Shown here: piece by piece, positions 1-8,581 of the stretch | Layout: the number at the start of each line of letters is the position of its first letter | Numbering within the stretch: position 1 is the stretch's first letter | NCBI GenBank assembly: GCA_963665325.3 | Contig: OZ224045.1 | Span: 1,696,001-1,760,000 of the forward strand | Reading direction: 5' to 3' | Origin: Alphaproteobacteria bacterium | GTDB taxonomy: Bacteria; Pseudomonadota; Alphaproteobacteria; Bin95 | DNA length: 64,000 nt | The notes under the pieces: model-generated | The model's input: only the letters and a program-made list of their open reading frames with translations | What the model was told of the DNA's origin: nothing | The model's database searches: none | Program-made: the position numbers and the translations under genes

Positions 1-392
1 ACCTCGTCCGCCCCCATCATCTCGTCGATGGGCGCGAACAGATCCTTCAGCCCCGGCCCCCAGTCGTCCTTGTAGTTGATGAGGTCTGGGTCGGCATCGC
101 CCGCGACCTTGATCGCGAGGATCTTCTCCAGAAGGTTGCGGAAGGGAATGAATTCGAACTCGACCTCTATCCCGGTCAGGTCGGTGAACTCCTGGACCCT
201 CGCTTCGTGGCCTTCGTATTGGCCGGCCACCGGGGCGAGATAGGTCAGCTTTGTCCCGGCATAGGGCTTGCCCGGCTTGAGGCCATAGGGCAGCGCGTCA
301 GCGGCGTTCGCAAGGGTCACGCCGCAGACCAGTCCGGCCGCAACCGCGCCGGTCACAAGTGTGCCGATCAGCGTCCTTCGAGTTGTCTGCAT
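1..392 (-). CDS. Carbohydrate-type ABC transporter substrate-binding protein, N-terminal part (runs off window), Tat-like signal
   Basis: Manual translation from ATG at 392 (GGAGG RBS upstream): MQTTRRTLIGTLVTGAVAAG...EFTDLTGIEVEFEFIPF..., twin-arginine signal and SBP_bac_1-like motif; divergent from a MalK-type ATPase. Confidence 0.8.
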   Translation of the reverse strand, partial: MQTTRRTLIGTLVTGAVAAGLVCGVTLANAADALPYGLKPGKPYAGTKLTYLAPVAGQYEGHEARVQEFTDLTGIEVEFEFIPFRNLLEKILAIKVAGDADPDLINYKDDWGPGLKDLFAPIDEMMGADE

Positions 393-546
393 GGTTTCCT
401 CCGACAGATGTTGTTCCGACAACCGGACGGGGTTTCCAGACCCAACTCTACCCGGCTCATAAAGGCGATCCTCTATTGGAAAGCCTTCGGCCCGGATGCC
501 GCTTGGGTCTAAGTTGCACAATTGAACTCAAGGCCGCTAGCTTTTT

Positions 547-562
547 TTGCATGCGTATGCAA
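547..562. promoter_or_regulatory. Candidate LacI-family operator TTGCATGCGTATGCAA
   Basis: 16-bp near-perfect palindrome with central CG in the divergent promoter region; LacI gene at 2778 in the same operon. Confidence 0.65.
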
Positions 563-639
563 TTTTCTTTGCGCTCGGGGCTTGCCCGGCACTGTCGCGG
601 CGGCTACCGAACGGTCGCGGCAGGGAACCGGAGGGCGGG

Positions 640-1719
640 ATGGCGACGATCTCGTTGCGCAGTCTGACCAAGCGATGGGGGGATGTCGTCGCGGTCGACA
701 ACCAGTCCCTGGAGATCGCGGACACCGAGTTCCTGGTTCTGCTGGGACCGTCCGGATGCGGCAAGACCACGACGATGCGGATGATCGCCGGGCTAGAGGA
801 TCCGACCCAGGGCGAGGTGTGGATCGGTGACCGCATGGTCAATGAGGCTCTGCCGAAGGACCGGGACATCGCCATGGTGTTCCAGAATTACGGCCTCTAC
901 CCGCACATGACCGTGTTCGGGAACATCGCCTATCCCCTGAAGGTCCGGCGCACACCGGGGGCGGAGATCCGTGAGCGCGTCGGCGCGGCGGCAGAGAAGG
1001 TGCAGCTCGGCAACCTGCTCCAGCGCAAACCCCGCGAGCTCTCGGGCGGTCAGCGCCAGCGTGTCGCGCTCGCCAGGGCCATCGTGCGCCGCCCGCAGGC
1101 CTTTCTGATGGACGAGCCCCTGTCGAATCTGGACGCCAAGCTTCGGGTCACCATGCGGGCCGAGTTGAAACATCTCAGCCACGAACTCCAGATCACCACG
1201 GTCTATGTCACCCACGACCAGATCGAGGCGATGACGCTTGCCGACCGTGTTGCGATCATGAACGAGGGGCGAATCCAGCAGCTCGGGCCGCCGGACGAGA
1301 TATACAACGAACCGAGGAACCTCTTCGTCGCCGGGTTCATCGGCTCGCCGGCGATGAACCTGCTTGAGGGCGAGGTCGCCGATAACCGGTTCCGGGTCAG
1401 CGGCACGGCGGTCGCGCCCGTCGCCGGGCCTCCGCGTGGCGGTCTCGTGCTCGGCGTGCGGCCCGAGGATCTGAAACTGACAGCGGCGGGCGAAGGCGAT
1501 TTCGATGCGCCGGTTTACGCCTCCGAGCTTACCGGCGAGAGTGTGCTGGTGACGCTGGAGGTAGGCGGGAACCGGATCGCCGCCAAGGCGGACCGCCAAG
1601 TACGGCACAGTATCGGTGAATGTGTCGGCATCGAGGTCGACGCCTCGCGAATCTATCTGTTCGATTCCGCCAGCGGCGAACGTGTGCCGTCGGCGCCGCG
1701 CGACCCGCAAGGAGACTAG
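640..1719 (+). CDS. Sugar ABC transporter ATP-binding protein (MalK/UgpC family)
   Basis: Walker A GPSGCGKTT, LSGGQRQR, DEPLSNLD, C-terminal TOBE region; start MATISL after GGAGG. Confidence 0.95.
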   Translation: MATISLRSLTKRWGDVVAVDNQSLEIADTEFLVLLGPSGCGKTTTMRMIAGLEDPTQGEVWIGDRMVNEALPKDRDIAMVFQNYGLYPHMTVFGNIAYPLKVRRTPGAEIRERVGAAAEKVQLGNLLQRKPRELSGGQRQRVALARAIVRRPQAFLMDEPLSNLDAKLRVTMRAELKHLSHELQITTVYVTHDQIEAMTLADRVAIMNEGRIQQLGPPDEIYNEPRNLFVAGFIGSPAMNLLEGEVADNRFRVSGTAVAPVAGPPRGGLVLGVRPEDLKLTAAGEGDFDAPVYASELTGESVLVTLEVGGNRIAAKADRQVRHSIGECVGIEVDASRIYLFDSASGERVPSAPRDPQGD

Positions 1720-1722
1720 CTG

Positions 1723-2745
1723 GTGACTTCCTGGACCCAGAACGCGATGGAAAGCAGGCTCGTTCGCTACGACGATCTCGTCCCCTGCGAGGCCGCCTTC
1801 CTCGATTCCCGCACCCCCGGCTCCGACAAGAAGGAGAATTTCTGCATCATCGGTCCGGGCGTTGCCGAGAACCCCGGGCAGTATGTGCACATCGCCGAGC
1901 CGCACGGCTTCAACATCGGCGGCGCGCGCCAGCCCGGCGGCTGCGTCAACTCCCAGCATTCCCACACAACCGCGGAGGTCTTCGTCGTCCATAGCGGACA
2001 TTGGCGTATCCTGTTCGGTCCCGACAGGGAGGACGGCCATCTCGACGCCGGGCCGGGGGACGTTGTGTCCATCCCGGTGCACATGTTCCGAGGCTTCGAA
2101 AAGCTCGACGAGGGGCTGGGGTTTCTCTGGGTCGTGCTCGGCAGTGACGATCCCGGTCAGGTCGCCTGGGCGCCCGAGGTATTTGCGCGCGCCGAACGGA
2201 CGGGGCTTCGCCTGCTCAAGGGCGGCGAGCTGATCGAGGTCGCCGAAGGCGAGAGCCTCCCGCCCGGCGCCGAACCCGAGGAGCCGCCTTCGCCGGCCCA
2301 GTTGGCCGCCTGGGCGACGCCGCCGATGGCGGAGATGAAAAGGGGCCTCTGCCGCGGTTGCAACATGGCTGCCAATCCCGCCTCCCGTCTCGCGGGCGAG
2401 GGCATCGAGGAATGCGGGGTCCTCAATCTGGTCGATACCGCCGACGGGTTCCCGGCAGGCCCGATCGGGGGCGGGTGGCCGCATGGGTTCGCCCTGCGCC
2501 AACTGCGGATGACGAGTGGCGCGCGCATTCCCCTGCATACCCGCTTCGAGCCCGAGGTGGTCTTCGTACATGACGGCGAGCTCAGCGTTTCCTGGCCGGA
2601 AGGCGAGGTGGTCATGCGACGGGGCGACACGATGTCGGTACCGGTGGGCATTCCCCGCAGCTTCCGAAACAGCGGGCCGGAACGCGCCGTCGCCTATGTC
2701 GTGCGCGGCAGCGACAATCCGGGCGCGCCTCGGTTCGAACAATAG
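1723..2745 (+). CDS. Bicupin (two cupin domains)
   Basis: HSHTTAEVFVVHSG...GDVVSIPVHMFRGF and LHTRFEPEVVFVHDG...GDTMSVPVGIPRSF cupin motifs. Confidence 0.85.
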   Translation: MTSWTQNAMESRLVRYDDLVPCEAAFLDSRTPGSDKKENFCIIGPGVAENPGQYVHIAEPHGFNIGGARQPGGCVNSQHSHTTAEVFVVHSGHWRILFGPDREDGHLDAGPGDVVSIPVHMFRGFEKLDEGLGFLWVVLGSDDPGQVAWAPEVFARAERTGLRLLKGGELIEVAEGESLPPGAEPEEPPSPAQLAAWATPPMAEMKRGLCRGCNMAANPASRLAGEGIEECGVLNLVDTADGFPAGPIGGGWPHGFALRQLRMTSGARIPLHTRFEPEVVFVHDGELSVSWPEGEVVMRRGDTMSVPVGIPRSFRNSGPERAVAYVVRGSDNPGAPRFEQ

Positions 2746-2777
2746 CCGGCTGCGCGCTGCCTGGGCGGAGGACGGGG

Positions 2778-3890
2778 ATGTCCGCTGGCGAAGACGGGAC
2801 ACCCCGCCCGGAAGGCGGGCCTGCGGCGACCGCTCGGCATGCGGTGACTGCGGAGGAAGTCGCGCGCCGGGCCGGTGTCTCCCAGTCGGCCGTCTCGAGG
2901 GCCTTTACACCGGGCGCAAGCGTCGCGCCCAAGACGCGCGAGAAGGTTCTCGCGGCGGCGCGGGAGCTGGGCTACCGCCCGAACGCAATGGCGCGGTCGT
3001 TGATTACTAACCGCTCGCGCATCATCGGCGTCGTGATGGCCTATCTCGACAACATGATCTATCCCGACGTTCTCGAGAAACTGGCCGCCAGCCTGCAGCA
3101 GCGCGGATACCAGATGCTGCTGTTCACCGGGTTCAAGGACCGCCATTCCGACCCGATCTTCGAGCAGGTCATGCAGTACCGGGTCGACGGGCTCCTGCTC
3201 GCATCCACGACGCTCTCCTCGGACCTGTCCGACGAATGCACCGCGGCCGGCGTGCCGGTGGTCATGTTCAACCGCATGACCGAGCACCCGCTATGCTCCA
3301 GCGTGACCAGTGACAACCGCAAGGGCGGACGACAGATCGCCGAGTTCCTGGTCGCCGGCGGTCACCGCCGCTTCGCCTATATCGCGGGCGCGGCGACCTC
3401 CTCGACCAACCGGGACCGCGAGGCCGGTTTTCGCGAGGGGTTGCTGCAGCACGGAATTGCGCAGATCGGCTATGCCGAGGGCAATCTCGAACTGGCGGAT
3501 ACCCGGGCCGCCGCGCGCGGCCTGTTCGCAGCAGACGAGCCGCCCGATGCGGTTTTCGTCGGCAGCGATCACATGGCGCTCGCCGTCATGGAGGTCGCCA
3601 GGCACGAGTTTGGGCTGCGTGTCCCGGAGGACGTGTCCATTGTCGGCTACGACGATGTCGGGGCAGCGGACTGGCCGAGCTTTTCGCTCACCTCGTTCAC
3701 GCTGCCGGTGGCGCCGATGATCGACGCGGCGGTCGAGCTGATGATGGAGCAGATCGAGAGTTCGTCGATCCTCTCCCACCACCGGGTGGTGCCGGGCCGC
3801 CTGGCGGTGCGAGGCAGTGCGCGTCTGCCGGGGGAGCCGGTCCGCGACCGGGACGGAACGCTCATATGGGCGCCCGCCGGGATCGAGTGA
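2778..3890 (+). CDS. LacI family transcriptional regulator
   Basis: VTAEEVARRAGVSQSAVSRAF HTH, YRPNAMARSL hinge, periplasmic-binding-like C-terminal domain. Confidence 0.95.
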   Translation: MSAGEDGTPRPEGGPAATARHAVTAEEVARRAGVSQSAVSRAFTPGASVAPKTREKVLAAARELGYRPNAMARSLITNRSRIIGVVMAYLDNMIYPDVLEKLAASLQQRGYQMLLFTGFKDRHSDPIFEQVMQYRVDGLLLASTTLSSDLSDECTAAGVPVVMFNRMTEHPLCSSVTSDNRKGGRQIAEFLVAGGHRRFAYIAGAATSSTNRDREAGFREGLLQHGIAQIGYAEGNLELADTRAAARGLFAADEPPDAVFVGSDHMALAVMEVARHEFGLRVPEDVSIVGYDDVGAADWPSFSLTSFTLPVAPMIDAAVELMMEQIESSSILSHHRVVPGRLAVRGSARLPGEPVRDRDGTLIWAPAGIE

Positions 3891-3922
3891 CCTAACGGGA
3901 CAAGTCGGACAAGGGAAGCAGC

Positions 3923-5062
3923 ATGTTCAACACCGACCATATTCAGACGACTCATGTCGGCAGCCTTCCGAGGCGCGACGACGTTGCCGCCGGGCTGTTC
4001 GCGCGCGAGCGCGGCGAGGACTTCGATCCGGCCGCATTTCGAGCCTGCCTGGACGATGCGGTGGATGCCATCGTTGCGCGGCAGCGCGTCGTCGGTATTG
4101 ATTTGCCCTCCGACGGCGAGCTCGGCAAGATCTCCTACGCCACCTATATCAAGGACCGCCTGACCGGCTTCGACGGGGACAGCCCGCGACGGCCGCCCGC
4201 GGACCTCGCCGATTTCCCCGACTATCTGAAGAAGCTCGCGGCGAGCGGCGGCACGCCGACCTACCGGAGTCCCCGGTGTGTCGGGCCGATCGCGGTGAAG
4301 GACCTGGGCCCTCTGGACGAAGACATCGCCAGGTTCCGCAGCGCGCTCGAAAAGACGGGCTTCTCGGGCGGTTTCATGAATTCTGCCTCGCCCGGCGTCA
4401 TCGCCCAGTTCCAGCCGTCCGATTTCCACCCGGATCACGAATCCTATGTACGGGATCTCGGCGCCGCGATGCGTACCGAATACGAGGCGATCGCGGCGGC
4501 AGGCCTGACGCTTCAGATCGACGCGCCGGATCTCGCCCTCGGCCGGCATGTCCTGTTTGCGCAATTGGACGATGAAGCGTTCCTGAGGATCGCGGAAATG
4601 CATGTCGAGGTGATCAATGAGGCGCTGACCGACGTTCCGCGCGAGCAGGTCCGGCTGCATATCTGCTGGGGAAATTACGAGGGACCCCATACCCACGACA
4701 TCGCGATGGAGAAGGTGCTTCCCGTGCTCCTCAAGGTGAAGGCGGGAGGCCTGCTGTTCGAGACCGCGAACCCCCGCCACGGCCATGAATGGCGGGCCTG
4801 GCGGGACGCCGACCTGCCCGACGATCTGGTGCTCATCCCCGGTGTGATCGACAGCACCACCAACTATGTCGAGCACCCGCGCAACGTCGCTGACCGTATC
4901 CTGCGCTTCGCCGACATCGTCGGGCGGGAGCGGGTGATCGCCGGAACCGATTGCGGGTTCTCGACGTTTGCGGGATACGGCGTGGTGGACCAGGAAATCG
5001 TTTTCGCAAAACTCCGGGCACTAGCCGAGGGCGCGGCGATCGCAAGCGAAGAGTTGTTCTGA
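3923..5062 (+). CDS. Core cobalamin-independent methionine synthase II family protein (epoxyalkane:CoM transferase-like)
   Basis: TTHVGSLPR, DGE, LHICWGNYEGPH (Zn ligands H/C), GTDCGF; single barrel only (379 aa). Confidence 0.9.
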   Translation: MFNTDHIQTTHVGSLPRRDDVAAGLFARERGEDFDPAAFRACLDDAVDAIVARQRVVGIDLPSDGELGKISYATYIKDRLTGFDGDSPRRPPADLADFPDYLKKLAASGGTPTYRSPRCVGPIAVKDLGPLDEDIARFRSALEKTGFSGGFMNSASPGVIAQFQPSDFHPDHESYVRDLGAAMRTEYEAIAAAGLTLQIDAPDLALGRHVLFAQLDDEAFLRIAEMHVEVINEALTDVPREQVRLHICWGNYEGPHTHDIAMEKVLPVLLKVKAGGLLFETANPRHGHEWRAWRDADLPDDLVLIPGVIDSTTNYVEHPRNVADRILRFADIVGRERVIAGTDCGFSTFAGYGVVDQEIVFAKLRALAEGAAIASEELF

Positions 5063-5188
5063 CCGCGCCGATGGTCGCTTCGGCGTGCGGACCGCCGATC
5101 CGATAACAGATATTTTTCCGCCGGCGCCGCCCAGCACGTTCGATCCGGCGATGGAAGTCGGCCAATCGAGCCCAGGAATGGATTTACG

Positions 5189-6292
5189 TCACGCCTTCTC
5201 GCACACCAGGTAAATGTGGACATAGTCCATGGCGTGGCCCTTGGGGCTTTGCCGGACCCGGTCTTCGTAACTGTCGTAGAACTGGTCGACGATCGCCTGC
5301 TTTTCCGCCGCCGGTCGGGCCGGCGAAAGGCCGGCCACGAAGGTGTGCTCGCTCCACGACCGCAGGGTCGGGATATAGTCGACGGCAAACCTGCCGGCAT
5401 CGCCGCGGTCGGCGAAATCCCGTTCATAGGGGCAGCGAACGACCCGGGTCTCGACATGCTTCAGCCGCAGCCCGGCCCGGAACACAGGATTTCGTTCGTC
5501 TGTCAGCGGCGCGCAGAACTGATCGACGGTGCGGTAGCACTGGGCGAAATTGGTGTTGCGATATTCGTCGAGCGTTATCGTTCCCTCGTCCGCCAGCTCG
5601 CGCCACAATTCGCTGAAGGTATCGAACATGCTGACGCCGCCGGTATTGCCCAGATAGCGGCCTTCCTCGTCGATCCCGAAGTTGAACAGCGTCAGGTGAC
5701 CGCCGGGCACGAGTTCCCGCGCCCGCAGGAGCAACATGTCTTCCCAGTCCCGCGCGCCCTGCGCTTCGTAGGCCTCGCGCACCGTGCCGGACGCGCCGAC
5801 CATATGGACGTGATCGGGAATTTCGCAGGGTTTCTCGCTGATATAGTGCGAGGCCGTGGCCGAGAATCCGAGATGCAGGCTATCGGGCGGGAACATGCTC
5901 TTGTGAAAGGAGGTGCCGCTGGCGAAGACATAGAGATCCGGAATATCGAGCAACGCGCTTTCCAGATCGGTCAGGCCGTGGACGTTCTGGAACAGCTGGC
6001 TGAAATCGTTGCGCGGAAGGTCTGTATAGACCAACTGGATCGGGTGGCCGGGCGCGCGCCGACGCAAGGCGCTCAGGACCTTGCCGATCATTTCCATCGA
6101 GGTGCCGCCGTCGGCGCAGCCCATGTCCGCCACCGTGATCGGTCGGCCGTCCTCCGGGACAGGCACCGCGTTTGCAGCCTCCAGGACCATCGGCGTCGCA
6201 TTGTCGATGACATCCTTCGCGCCGGCGGTGGACCTGGAATAGTAGCCGGCGCCCTTCATGGCGACGTCGCGGATGCTGGAGGTGCTGGTCAT
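5189..6292 (-). CDS. SAM-dependent carboxyl methyltransferase (SABATH / Methyltransf_7 family)
   Basis: ADMGCADGGTS, YTDLPRNDFSQLF, SGTSFHKSMFPPDSLHLGFSATASHYIS, DWEDMLLLRARELVPGG are SABATH signature motifs; exact start uncertain. Confidence 0.9.
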   Translation of the reverse strand: MTSTSSIRDVAMKGAGYYSRSTAGAKDVIDNATPMVLEAANAVPVPEDGRPITVADMGCADGGTSMEMIGKVLSALRRRAPGHPIQLVYTDLPRNDFSQLFQNVHGLTDLESALLDIPDLYVFASGTSFHKSMFPPDSLHLGFSATASHYISEKPCEIPDHVHMVGASGTVREAYEAQGARDWEDMLLLRARELVPGGHLTLFNFGIDEEGRYLGNTGGVSMFDTFSELWRELADEGTITLDEYRNTNFAQCYRTVDQFCAPLTDERNPVFRAGLRLKHVETRVVRCPYERDFADRGDAGRFAVDYIPTLRSWSEHTFVAGLSPARPAAEKQAIVDQFYDSYEDRVRQSPKGHAMDYVHIYLVCEKA

Positions 6293-6544
6293 TCGCAATT
6301 GCCCGATCGTCGGAATAGCCGTTGGATGAACCGTTGAATGGCGGGTCAGGCTGCCAGCCCGCGCACTTTCTCGACGATGACGAGATCAACCCCGATTGGC
6401 AACGCCGCGGCCCGGGCCCGCGCCTGCGAACACTGCGCGCGGGAAGGCCGAAAATGCGTCACAATACGCAATATGGCGCCGGTCCGTCGCATTGGCCTAG
6501 TCGGTGCCCGCTCACCAGTCGCCGGACGCCCCTGGCAGGACAAC

Positions 6545-8578
6545 ATGCAAGATTCGATACCCACTTTCCGTGTCGGTGTAGATGTCGGGGGAACCTTTAC
6601 GGATGCCGTTGCCTATGACGACGAAACCCGGTCGGTTCGCTACGCCAAGGTACCCTCGACACCCGGAGATCCGGCCGAGGCGGTAATAGCCGCCCTCGAC
6701 GCCCTCGACATCGGAAGCTCCGATATCGACCGGTTCGTGCATGGCATCACCATCGGCACCAACGCGATCCTCGAAGGCAAGGGCGCGGAGGTCTGGATGC
6801 TGGTCACGCGCGGATTCCGGGACGTGCTTGAGATTGCGCGAACCAATCGCGCCACCCTTTACGACATCACGACCCTGAAGCCGCCGCCCATCGTTCCGCG
6901 CAAACGCACCGTCGAAATCGATGAGAGGATCATGTTCGACGGCTCGGTGCTGGCGCCGCTGGATGAGGACCGGGTCCAGGACGCGATCGACCGCTTGTCC
7001 CTGGGGCCGGACGCTGCCGTGGTCGTGTGCTTCCTACACAGCTACGCCTTTCCCGATCACGAGCGCTGGGTTGCTGCGCTGCTCCGGGAAACGCATCGGC
7101 ATGTATTCGTGTGCACATCTTCCGACGTGCTGCCGCAGTTCCGCGAATATGAGCGTTTCAATACAGCCGCGCTGAACGCCTATATCGGCCCGTTGATGAA
7201 CCGTTATCTGACAGACCTCGAAGACCGCCTGCGGGACCGAGGCTATGGCCGCAACGTCTTCATCATGACGTCGAACGGCGGGGTCTCTACTGCCGGGCGG
7301 GCGCGGCGGTTGCCGATAGCCACGGTCCTTTCCGGTCCTGCCGGCGGCGTGGCAGCAACCCTGCATCTCGGGTCCCGAAGCGGAGTTCGCAATCTGATCA
7401 CCTGTGACATGGGCGGGACCAGTACCGATGTCTGCCTGATCTCGGACCTGCAGGTGCCCGTGACTAATGAGCAGACGATCGGGCCCTATGCAAATCGCAC
7501 GCCCCAGATCGAAATCAACGCAGTCGGAGCCGGCGGCGGCAGCATAGCCTGGCTCGATGCCGGAGATATCCTGATGGTGGGGCCCCAAAGCGCCGGCGCG
7601 GTACCGGGTCCTGCCTGCTACGGACAGGGTGGAACCGATGCGACCGTGACGGACGCCAATCTGGTGCTGAACCGTCTGAAGTCCGGGTCCCGGCTGGCCG
7701 GCCACATCGCGCTCGACCGCGACCGCGCGCTTGCTGCGATGGCGCCGGTGATGGCAAAGCTCGGTCTGGAGGCGGATGCACTGGCCGAGGGAATCGTCCG
7801 CATTGCGGTCGCCCGCATGGTCAGCGCGATCAAGCAGATCTCCATCGCCAAGGGTTTCGATCCGCGCGATTTCGTTCTCTGCTCCTATGGCGGCGCGGGG
7901 CCCATGCATGCGGCGATCATTGCCGACGAAATGGATATCTCGCGTGTTGTCCTGCCACGCGGTCCCGGCAATTTCGCCGCACTCGGCTCGCTCATCTCGG
8001 ATATCCGCCAGGACCATGTGCTGACAAGAACGCTGCAACCCGCCCGCGTCGGCTTTGCCGAAGTGGACCGTGTGTTCCGGGGCATGGAAGATGAAGGCCG
8101 GGCGCAATTGCAGGCCGAAGGCGTCGCGGCGGAAAACATCGTCGTCAGACGGTCGCTCGGCATGCGCTATCTGGGCCAGTCCTGGGAACTCGACGTGGAT
8201 ATCCCGGACGATGTGCAGAGCGCGGAGGCAATCGACGCAGCCTTCCATGCCGTACACGACCGGCGCTTCGGCCACCGCAGCGCCGGCGCAACCGAGATCG
8301 TTACCTTCCGGATCGCCGCAATCGGCCGCGTTGCGCCTCTTGCATTGCCGACACTGACCGGCGGCGGCGATCCAGCTGCTGCTATCGTCGAACGTCGCAG
8401 CGTCTATTTCGACGGCGCCTTTCGGGATACGCCGGTCTTCGACCGGGACCGCATACCGCCTGAGGCGGCGATCGAAGGTCCTGCGATCATCGAGGAAGCG
8501 GGCGCGACGACTGTGTTGCCGCCGGCCTGGCGCGGATACGCGAACGTGCATGGCGATCTCATGCTCGAACGGAGATAG
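6545..8578 (+). CDS. hyuA: Hydantoinase/oxoprolinase family protein A subunit (N-methylhydantoinase A-like)
   Basis: GVDVGGTFTD, DMGGTSTD, GAGGGSIA, GPQSAGAVPGPACYG; start MQDSIP after AGGA. Confidence 0.92.
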   Translation: MQDSIPTFRVGVDVGGTFTDAVAYDDETRSVRYAKVPSTPGDPAEAVIAALDALDIGSSDIDRFVHGITIGTNAILEGKGAEVWMLVTRGFRDVLEIARTNRATLYDITTLKPPPIVPRKRTVEIDERIMFDGSVLAPLDEDRVQDAIDRLSLGPDAAVVVCFLHSYAFPDHERWVAALLRETHRHVFVCTSSDVLPQFREYERFNTAALNAYIGPLMNRYLTDLEDRLRDRGYGRNVFIMTSNGGVSTAGRARRLPIATVLSGPAGGVAATLHLGSRSGVRNLITCDMGGTSTDVCLISDLQVPVTNEQTIGPYANRTPQIEINAVGAGGGSIAWLDAGDILMVGPQSAGAVPGPACYGQGGTDATVTDANLVLNRLKSGSRLAGHIALDRDRALAAMAPVMAKLGLEADALAEGIVRIAVARMVSAIKQISIAKGFDPRDFVLCSYGGAGPMHAAIIADEMDISRVVLPRGPGNFAALGSLISDIRQDHVLTRTLQPARVGFAEVDRVFRGMEDEGRAQLQAEGVAAENIVVRRSLGMRYLGQSWELDVDIPDDVQSAEAIDAAFHAVHDRRFGHRSAGATEIVTFRIAAIGRVAPLALPTLTGGGDPAAAIVERRSVYFDGAFRDTPVFDRDRIPPEAAIEGPAIIEEAGATTVLPPAWRGYANVHGDLMLERR

Positions 8579-8581
8579 AAG

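Noticed and set aside
3923-5062. Calling this gene metE
   Set aside because: Lacks the N-terminal folate-binding barrel; function uncertain
6455-6470. TGCGT-N6-ACGCA inverted repeat upstream of hyuA
   Set aside because: Only 5-bp arms, single occurrence, and no cognate regulator identifiable
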